64,000 nucleotides of DNA from Eledone cirrhosa (Eukaryota), in contig OZ024744.1 of the NCBI GenBank assembly GCA_964016885.1, positions 131,378,001-131,442,000 on the forward strand, given 5' to 3'. A model generated the notes under the pieces. The model had not been told where the DNA came from and made no database searches. It saw only the letters and a program-made list of their open reading frames with translations. Made by a program: the position numbers and the translations under genes. This document shows, piece after piece, positions 52,640-62,139 of the stretch. The first letter of the stretch is position 1, and every line of letters begins with the position of its first letter.

Positions 52640-53080
52640 AACCCCAACTTCACTCAACCCCACCTTAACTCAACCCCAACTTAACTTAACCCCAACTTCA
52701 CTCAACCCCAACTTAACTTAACCCCAACTTCACTCAACCCCAACTTAACTCAACCCCAACTTAACTTAACCCCAACTTAACTTAACCCTAACTTAACTTA
52801 ACCCCAACTTAACTTAACTTCGACTTAACTTAACCCCAACTTAACTTAACCCCAACTTAACTTAACCCCAACTTAACTTAACCACAAATTAACTTAACCC
52901 CAACTTAAATTAACCCCAACTTAAATTAACCCCAACTTAACTTAACCCCAACTTAACTTAACCCCAACTTAACTTAACCCCAACTTAACTCACACCCAAC
53001 TTAACTTACCCCCAACTTAACTTAACCCCAACTTGACTTAACCCCAAATTAACTTAACCCCAACTTAACTTAACCCCAAA
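52640..53080 (-). repeat. Inverted block 19 (type B, 441 bp)
   Basis: Block 16 plus 8455. Confidence 0.97.
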
Positions 53081-55316
53081 TTCGGGGTTAAGTTAAGTTG
53101 GGGTTAAATTAAGTTAGGCTTAACTTAAGTTGGGGTTAAGTTAAATTGGGGGTAAGTTAAGTTCTGGGTAAGTTAAGTTGGGGTTAAGTTAAGTTGGGGT
53201 TAAGTTGGGGTTAAGTTAAGTTAGGGTTAAGTTAAGTTGGGGTTGAGTTAAGTTGGGGTTAAGTTAAGTTGGGGTTAAGTTAAGTTGGGGTCAAGTTAAG
53301 TTGGGGTTAAAATTAAGTTGGGGTTAAATCAAGTTGGGGTTAAGTTAAGTTGGGGTTAATTTAGTTGGGGTTAAGTTAAGTTGGGGCTAAGTTAAGTTGG
53401 GGCTAAGTTAAGTTGGGACTAAGTTAAGTTGGGGTTAAGTTAAGTTGGGGTTAAGTTAAGTTGGGGTTAATTTAAATTGGGTTTAAGTTAAGTTGGGTTT
53501 AAGTTATGTTGGGGTTGAGTTAAGTTGGGGTTAAGTTAAGTTGGGGTTCAGTTAAGTTGGGGTTAAGTTAAGTTGGGGTTAAGATGGGGTTAAATTAAGT
53601 TGGGGTTAAGTTAAGTTGGGGTTAAGTTAAGTTGGGGTTAAGTTAAGTTGGGGTTAAGTTAAGTTGGAGTTAAGTTAAGTTGGGGTTGAGTTAAGTTGGG
53701 GTTGAGTTAAATTGGGGTGGAGTTAAGTTGGGGTTGAGTTAAGTTGGTGTTGAGTGAAGTTGGGGTTAAGTTAAGTTGGGGTTAAGTTAAGTGCAGTTAA
53801 GTTAAGTTGAGGTTAAGTTATGTAGGGGTTAAGTTAAGTTGGGGTTAAGTTAAGTTGGGGCTAAGTTAAGTTGGGGCTAAGTTAAGTTGGGGTTCAGTTA
53901 AGTTGGGGTTAAGTTAAGTTTGGGTTAATGTGGGGTTAAATTAAGTTGGGGTTAAGTTAAGTTGGGGTTTAGTTAAGTTGGGGTTAATTTAAGTTGGGGT
54001 TAATTTAAGTTGCGGTTAAGTTAAGTTGGGGTTAAGTTAAGTGGTGGTTATGTTAAGTTGGGGTTAAGTTAAGTTGGGGTTAATTTAAATTGGGGTTAAG
54101 TTAACTTTGTGGTTAAGTTAAGTTGGGGTTAAGTTAAGTTGGGGTTAAGTTAAGTTGGGGTTGCGTTAAGTTGGGGTTGAGTGAAGTTGGGGTTAAGTTA
54201 AGTTGGGGTTAATTTAAGTTGGGGTTAAGTTAAGTCGGGCTTAAGTTAAGTTGGGGTTGAGTTAAGTTGGGGTTAATTTAAGTTGGGGCTAAGTTAATTT
54301 GTGGTTAAGTTAAGTTGGGGTTAAGTTAAGTTGGGGTTAAGTTAAGTTGGGGTTGAGTTAAGTTGGGGTTGAGTTAATTTAGGGTTAAGTTAAGTTGGGG
54401 TTAAGTTAAGTTGGGTTTAAGTTAAGTTGGGGTTAAATTAAGTTGGGGTTAAATTAAGTTGGGGTTAAGTTAAGTTGGGGGTAAGTTAAGTTGGGGGCAA
54501 GTTAAGTTGGGGTTAAATTAAGTTGGGGTTAAGTTTAGTTGGTGTTAAGTTAAGTTGGGGTTTATTTAAGTTGGGGTTAATTAAGTTGGGGCTGAGTTAA
54601 GTTGGGGCTGAATTAAGTTGGGGTTAAGTTAAGTTGGGGTTGAGTTAAGTTGGGGTTAAGTTAAGTTGGGGTTAAGTTAAGTTGGGGTTAAGTTAAGTTG
54701 GGGTTTAGTTAAGTTGGGGTTCAGTTAAGTTGGGGTTAAGTTGGGGTTAAATTAATTTGGGGTTAAGTTAAGTTGGGGTTTAGTTTAGTTGGGGTTAAAT
54801 TAAGTTGGGGTTAATTTAAGTTGGGGTTAAGTTAAGTTGCGGGTAATTTAAGTTGGGGTTAAGTTAAGTTGGGGTTAAGTTAAGTTGGGGTTAAGTTAAG
54901 TTGGGGGTAAGTTAAGTTGGGGGTAAGTTAAGTTGGGGGTAAGTTAAGTTGGGGTTAAGTTAAGTTGGGGTTAAGTTAAGTTAGGGTTAAGTTAAGTTGG
55001 GGTTGAGTTAAGTTGGGGTTAAGTTAAGTTGGGGTTATGTTAAGTTGGGGTTAAGTTAAGTTGGTTCGTTAAGTTGAGTTTAAGTTAAGTTGGGGTTAAT
55101 TTAAGTTGGGGTTAAGTTAAGTTGGGGTTAAGTTAAGTTGGGGTTAAGTTAAGTTGGGGTTCAGTTAAGTTGGGGTTAAGTCAAGTTGGGGTTAAGTTGG
55201 GGTTAAATTAATTTGGGGTTAAGTTAAGTTGGGGTTAAGTTAAGTTGTGGTTATGTTAAGTTGGGGTTAAGTTAAGTTGGGGTTAAGTTAATTTGTGGTT
55301 AAGTTAAGTTGTGGTT

Positions 55317-55757
55317 AACCCCAACTTCACTCAACCCCACCTTAACTCAACCCCAACTTAACTTAACCCCAACTTCACTCAACCCCAACTTAACTTAACC
55401 CCAACTTCACTCAACCCCAACTTAACTCAACCCCAACTTAACTTAACCCCAACTTAACTTAACCCTAACTTAACTTAACCCCAACTTAACTTAACTTCGA
55501 CTTAACTTAACCCCAACTTAACTTAACCCCAACTTAACTTAACCCCAACTTAACTTAACCACAAATTAACTTAACCCCAACTTAAATTAACCCCAACTTA
55601 AATTAACCCCAACTTAACTTAACCCCAACTTAACTTAACCCCAACTTAACTTAACCCCAACTTAACTCACACCCAACTTAACTTACCCCCAACTTAACTT
55701 AACCCCAACTTGACTTAACCCCAAATTAACTTAACCCCAACTTAACTTAACCCCAAA
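55317..55757 (-). repeat. Inverted block 20 (type B, 441 bp)
   Basis: Block 17 plus 8455. Confidence 0.97.
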
Positions 55758-58700
55758 TTCGGGGTTAAGTTAAGTTGGGGTTAAATTAAGTTAGGCTTAA
55801 CTTAAGTTGGGGTTAAGTTAAATTGGGGGTAAGTTAAGTTCTGGGTAAGTTAAGTTGGGGTTAAGTTAAGTTGGGGTTAAGTTGGGGTTAAGTTAAGTTA
55901 GGGTTAAGTTAAGTTGGGTTTGAGTTAAGTTGGGGTTAAGTTAAGTTGGGGTTAAGTTAAGTTGGGGTCAGGTTAAGTTGGGGTTAAAATTAAGTTGGGG
56001 TTAAATCAAGTTGGGGTTAAGTTAAGTTGGGGTTAATTTAGTTGGGGTTAAGTTAAGTTGGGGCTAAGTTAAGTTGGGGCTAAGTTAAGTTGGGACTAAG
56101 TTAAGTTGGGGTTAAGTTAAGTTGGGGTTAAGTTAAGTTGGGGTTAATTTAAATTGGGGTTAAGTTAACTTTGTGGTTAAGTTAAGTTGGGGTTAAGTTA
56201 AGTTGGGGTTAAGTTAAGTTGGGGTTGAGTTATGTTGGGGTTGAGTGAAGTTGGGGTTAAGTTAAGTTGGGGTTAAGTTGGCGTTAATTTAAGTTGGGGT
56301 TGAATTAAGTTGGGGTTGAGTTAATTTAGGGTTAAGTTAAGTTGGGGTTAAGTTAAGTTGGGTTTAAGTTAAGTTGGGGTTAAATTAAGTTGGGGTTAAA
56401 TTAAGTTGGGGTTAAGTTAAGTTGGGGGTAGGTTAAGTTGGTGTTAAGTTAAGTTGGGGTTAAGTTAAGTTGGAGTTAAGTTAAGTTGGGGTCAAGTTAA
56501 GTTGGGGTTAAAATTAAGTTTGGGTTAAGTCAAGTTGGGGTTAAGTTAAGTTTGAGTTAATTTAGTTGGGGTTAAGTTAAGTTGGGGCTAAGTTAAGTTG
56601 GGGCTAAGTTAAGTTGGGGCTAAGTTAAGTTGGGGTTAAGTTAAGTTGGGGTTAATTTAAGTTGGGGTCAACTTAAATTGGGGTTAAGTTAAGTTGGGGT
56701 TAAGTTAAGTTGGGGTTAAGTTAAGTTGGGGTTAAGTTAAGTTGGTGTTAAGTTAAGTTGGGGCTTAGTTAAGTTGGGGCTGAGTTAAGTTGGGGCTGAG
56801 TTAAGTTGGGGTTAAGTTAAGTTGGGGTTGAGTTAAGTTGGGGTTAAGTTAAGTTGGGGTTAAGTTAAGTTGGGGTTAATTTAAGTTGGGTTTAAGTTAT
56901 GTTGGGGTTGAGTTAAGTTGGGGTTAAGTTAAGTTGGGGTTCAGTTAAGTTGGGGTTAAGTTAAGTTGGGGTTAAGATGGGGTTAAATTAAGTTGGGGTT
57001 AAGTTAAGTTGGGGTTAAGTTAAGTTGGGGTTAAGTTAAGTCGGGGTTAAGTTAAGTCGGGGTTAAGTTAAGTTAGGGTTAAGTTAAGTTGGAGTTAAGT
57101 TAAGTTGGGGTTGAGTTAAGTTGGGGTTGAGTTAAATTGGGGTGGAGTTAAGTTGGGGTTGAGTTAAGTTGGTGTTGAATTAAGTTGGGGTTAAGTTAAG
57201 TTGGGGTTAAGTTAAGTGCAGTTAAGTTAAGTTGAGGTTAAGTTATGTAGGGGTTAAGTTAAGTTGGGGTTAAGTTAAGTTGGGGCTAAGTTAAGTTGGG
57301 GCTAAGTTAAGTTGGGGCTAAGTTAAGTTGGGGTTCAGTTAAGTTGGGGTTAAGTTAAGTTTGGGTTAAGTTGGGGTTAAATTAAGTTGGGGTTAAGTTA
57401 AGTTGGGGTTTAGTTAAGTTGGGGTTAAGTTAAGTTGGGGTTAATTTAAGTTGGGGTTAAGTTAAGTTGGGGTTAAGTTGGCGTTAAGTTAAGTTGGGGT
57501 TGAATTAAGTTGGGGTTGAGTTAATTTAGGGTTAAGTTAAGTTGGGGTTAAGTTAAGTTGGGTTTAAGTTAAGTTGGGGTTAAATTAAGTTGGGGTTAAA
57601 TTAAGTTCGGGTTAAGTTAAGTTGGGGGTAAGTTAAGTTGGTGTTAAGTTAAGTTGGGGTTAAGTTAAGTTGGGGTTAAGTTAAGTTGGGGTCAAGTTAA
57701 GTTGGGGTTAAAATTAAGTTGGGGTTAAGTCAAGTTGGGGTTAAGTTAAGTTTGAGTTAATTTAGTTGGGGTTAAGTTAAGTTGGGGCTAAGTTAAGTTG
57801 GGGCTAAGTTAAGTTGGGGCTAAGTTAAGTTGGGGTTAAGTTAAGTTGGGGTTAAGTTAAGGTGGGGTTAATTTAAGTTGGGGTCAACTTAAATTGGGGT
57901 TAAGTTAAGTTGGGGTTAAGTTAAGTTGGGGTTAAGTTAAGTTGGGGTTAAGTTAAGTTGGTGTTAAGTTAAGTTGGGGCTAAGTTAAGTTGGGGCTGAG
58001 TTAAGTTGGGGCTGAGTTAAGTTGGGGTTAATTTAAGTTGGGGTTGAGTTAAGTTGGGGTTAAGTTAAGTTGGGGTTAAGTTAAGTTGGGGTTGAGTTAA
58101 GTTGGGGTTAAGTTAAGTTGGGGTTAAGTTAAGTTGGGGTTAAGTTAAGTTGGGGTTAAGTTAAGTCGGGGTTAAGTTAAGTCGGGGTTAAGTTAAGTTA
58201 GGGTTAAGTTAAGTTGGAGTTAAGTTAAGTTGGGGTTGAGTTAAGTTGGGGTTGAGTTAAATTGGGGTGGAGTTAAGTTGGGGTTGAGTTAAGTTGGTGT
58301 TGAGTTAAGTTGGGGTTAAGTTAAGTTGGGGTTAAGTTAAGTTGCAGTTAAGTTAAGTTGAGGTTAAGTTAAGTTGGGGTTAAGTTAAGTTGGGGTTAAG
58401 TTAAGTTGGGGCTAAGTTAAGTTGGGGCTAAGTTAAGTTGGGGCTAAGTTAAGTTGGGGTTCAGTTAAGTTGGGGTTAAGTTAAGTTGGTTAGTTAAGTT
58501 GAGTTTAATTTAAGTTGGGGTTAATTTAAGTTGGGGCTAAGTTAAGTTGGGGTTAAGTTAAGTTGGGGTTAAGTTAAGTTGGGGTTAAGTTAATTTGGGG
58601 TTCAGTTAAGTTGGGGTTAAGTCAAGTTGGGGTTAAGTTGGGGTTAAATTAATCTGGGGTTAAGTTATTGTTGGGGTTAAGTTAAGTTGGGGTTAAGTTA

Positions 58701-58902
58701 AGTTGGGGTTAAGTTAAGTTGGGGTTAAGTTAATTTGGGGTTGAGTTAATTTGGGGTTAAGTTAAGTTGGGGTTAAGTTAAGTTGGGTTTAAGTTAAATT
58801 GGGGTTAAATTAAGTTGGGGTTAAATTAAGTTGGGGTTAAGTTAAGTTGGGGGTAAGTTAAGTTGGGGGCAAGTTAATTTGTGGATAAGTTAAGTTGTGG
58901 TT

Positions 58903-59295
58903 AACCCCAACTTCACTCAACCCCACCTTAACTCAACCCCAACTTAACTTAACCCCAACTTCACTCAACCCCAACTTAACTCAACCCCAACTTAACTTAA
59001 CCCCAACTTAACTTAACCCTAACTTAACTTAACCCCAACTTAACTTAACTTCGACTTAACTTAACCCCAACTTAACTTAACCCCAACTTAACTTAACCCC
59101 AACTTAACTTAACCACAAATTAACTTAACCCCAACTTAAATTAACCCCAACTTAAATTAACCCCAACTTAACTTAACCCCAACTTAACTTAACCCCAACT
59201 TAACTCACACCCAACTTAACTTACCCCCAACTTAACTTAACCCCAACTTGACTTAACCCCAAATTAACTTAACCCCAACTTAACTTAACCCCAAA
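58903..59295 (-). repeat. Inverted block 21 (type B, 393 bp)
   Basis: Block 18 plus 8455 (GTGGATAAG at 58881). Confidence 0.97.
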
Positions 59296-60682
59296 TTCGG
59301 GGTTAAGTTAAGTTGGGGTTAAATTAAGTTAGGCTTAACTTAAGTTGGGGTTAAGTTAAATTGGGGGTAAGTTAAGTTCTGGGTAAGTTAAGTTGGGGTT
59401 AAGTTAAGTTAGGGTTAAGTTAAGTTGGGGTTGAGTTAAGTTGGGGTTAAGTTAAGTTGGGGTTATGTTAAGTTGGGGTCAAGTTAAGTTGGGGTTAAAA
59501 TTAAGTTGGGGTTAAATCAAGTTGGGGTTAAGTTAAGTTGGGGTTAATTTAGTTGGGGTTAAGTTAAGTTGGGGCTAAGTTAAGTTGGGGTTAAGTTAAG
59601 TTGGGGTTAAGTTAAGTTGGGGTTAATTTAAGTTGGGGCTAAGTTAATTTGTGGTTAAGTTAAGTTGGGGTTAAGTTAAGTTGGGGTTAAGTTAAGTTGG
59701 GGTTGAGTTAAGTTGGGGTTGAGTTAATTTAGGGTTAAGTTAAGTTGGGGTTAAGTTAAGTTGGGTTTAAGTTAAGTTGGGGTTAAATTAAGTTGGGGTT
59801 AAATTAAGTTGGGGTTAAGTTAAGTTGGGGGTAAGTTAAGTTGGGGGCAAGTTAAGTTGGGGTTAAATTAAGTTGGGGTTAAGTTTAGTTGGTGTTAAGT
59901 TAAGTTGGGGTTTATTTAAGTTGGGGTTAATTAAGTTGGGGCTGAGTTAAGTTGGGGCTGAATTAAGTTGGGGTTAAGTTAAGTTGGGGTTGAGTTAAGT
60001 TGGGGTTAAGTTAAGTTGGGGTTAAGTTAAGTTGGGGTTAAGTTAAGTTGGGGTTTAGTTAAGTTGGGGTTCAGTTAAGTTGGGGTTAAGTTGGGGTTAA
60101 ATTAATTTGGGGTTAAGTTAAGTTGGGGTTTAGTTTAGTTGGGGTTAAATTAAGTTGGGGTTAATTTAAGTTGGGGTTAAGTTAAGTTGCGGGTAATTTA
60201 AGTTGGGGTCAAGTTAAGTTGGGGTTAAGTTAAGTTGGGGTTAAGTTAAGTTGGGGGTAAGTTAAGTTGGGGGTAAGTTAAGTTGGGGGTAAGTTAAGTT
60301 GGGGTTAAGTTAAGTTGGGGTTAAGTTAAGTTAGGGTTAAGTTAAGTTGGGGTTGAGTTAAGTTGGGGTTAAGTTAAGTTGGGGTTATGTTAAGTTGGGG
60401 TTAAGTTAAGTTGGTTCGTTAAGTTGAGTTTAAGTTAAGTTGGGGTTAATTTAAGTTGGGGTTAAGTTAAGTTGGGGTTAAGTTAAGTTGGGGTTAAGTT
60501 AAGTTGGGGTTAAGTTAAGTTGGGGTTCAGTTAAGTTGGGGTTAAGTCAAGTTGGGGTTAAGTTGGGGTTAAATTAATTTGGGGTTAAGTTAAGTTGGGG
60601 TTAAGTTAAGTTGTGGTTATGTTAAGTTGGGGTTAAGTTAAGTTGGGGTTAAGTTAATTTGTGGTTAAGTTAAGTTGTGGTT

Positions 60683-61123
60683 AACCCCAACTTCACTCAA
60701 CCCCACCTTAACTCAACCCCAACTTAACTTAACCCCAACTTCACTCAACCCCAACTTAACTTAACCCCAACTTCACTCAACCCCAACTTAACTCAACCCC
60801 AACTTAACTTAACCCCAACTTAACTTAACCCTAACTTAACTTAACCCCAACTTAACTTAACTTCGACTTAACTTAACCCCAACTTAACTTAACCCCAACT
60901 TAACTTAACCCCAACTTAACTTAACCACAAATTAACTTAACCCCAACTTAAATTAACCCCAACTTAAATTAACCCCAACTTAACTTAACCCCAACTTAAC
61001 TTAACCCCAACTTAACTTAACCCCAACTTAACTCACACCCAACTTAACTTACCCCCAACTTAACTTAACCCCAACTTGACTTAACCCCAAATTAACTTAA
61101 CCCCAACTTAACTTAACCCCAAA
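60683..61123 (-). repeat. Inverted block 22 (type B, 441 bp)
   Basis: Same length and variants as blocks 16 and 17 (block 17 plus 13821). Confidence 0.97.
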
Positions 61124-62139
61124 TTCGGGGTTAAGTTAAGTTGGGGTTAAATTAAGTTAGGCTTAACTTAAGTTGGGGTTAAGTTAAATTGGGGGTAAGT
61201 TAAGTTCTGGGTAAGTTAAGTTGGGGTTAAGTTAAGTTGGGGTTAAGTTGGGGTTAAGTTAAGTTAGGGTTAAGTTAAGTTGGGGTTGAGTTAAGTTGGG
61301 GTTAAGTTAAGTTGGGGTTAAGTTAAGTTGGGGTCAAGTTAAGTTGGGGTTAAAATTAAGTTGGGGTTAAATCAAGTTGGGGTTAAGTTAAGTTGGGGTT
61401 AATTTAGTTGGGGTTAAGTTAAGTTGGGGCTAAGTTAAGTTGGGGCTAAGTTAAGTTGGGACTAAGTTAAGTTGGGGTTAAGTTCAGTTGGGGTTAAGTT
61501 AAGTTGGGGTTAATTTAAATTGGGGTTAAGTTAACTTTGTGGTTAAGTTAAGTTGGGGTTAAGTTAAGTTGGGGTTAAGTTAAGTTGGGGTTGAGTTATG
61601 TTGGGGTTGAGTGAAGTTGGGGTTAAGTTAAGTTGGGGTTAAGTTGGCGTTAATTTAAGTTGGGGTTGAATTAAGTTGGGGTTGAGTTAATTTAGGGTTA
61701 AGTTAAGTTGGGGTTAAGTTAAGTTGGGTTTAAGTTAAGTTGGGGTTAAATTAAGTTGGGGTTAAATTAAGTTGGGGTTAAGTTAAGTTGGGGGTAGGTT
61801 AAGTTGGTGTTAAGTTAAGTTGGGGTTAAGTTAAGTTGGGGTTAAGTTAAGTTGGGGTCAAGTTAAGTTGGGGTTAAAATTAAGTTTGGGTTAAGTCAAG
61901 TTGGGGTTAAGTTAAGTTTGAGTTAATTTAGTTGGGGTTAAGTTAAGTTGGGGCTAAGTTAAGTTGGGGCTAAGTTAAGTTGGGGCTAAGTTAAGTTGGG
62001 GTTAAGTTAAGTTGGGGTTAATTTAAGTTGGGGTCAACTTAAATTGGGGTTAAGTTAAGTTGGGGTTAAGTTAAGTTGGGGTTAAGTTAAGTTGGGGTTA
62101 AGTTAAGTTGGGGCTTAGTTAAGTTGGGGTTAAGTTAAG

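Larger units (their letters stand above)
42693..59626 (+). repeat. Tandem duplication, unit 8455 bp (42693-51147 / 51148-59626)
   Basis: ATTTCAGCTG 43951/52406, TAATGTGGGG 45471/53926, GTGGATAAG 50426/58881 and three inverted blocks are all offset by exactly 8455. Confidence 0.93.

Noticed and set aside
2044-61123. Inversions as sequencing fold-back (chimeric read) artefacts
   Set aside because: The blocks are not mirror copies of their own flanks. They share their own diagnostic variants and fixed junctions across 22 copies and fall into sub-lineages. Raw-read confirmation is still advisable.
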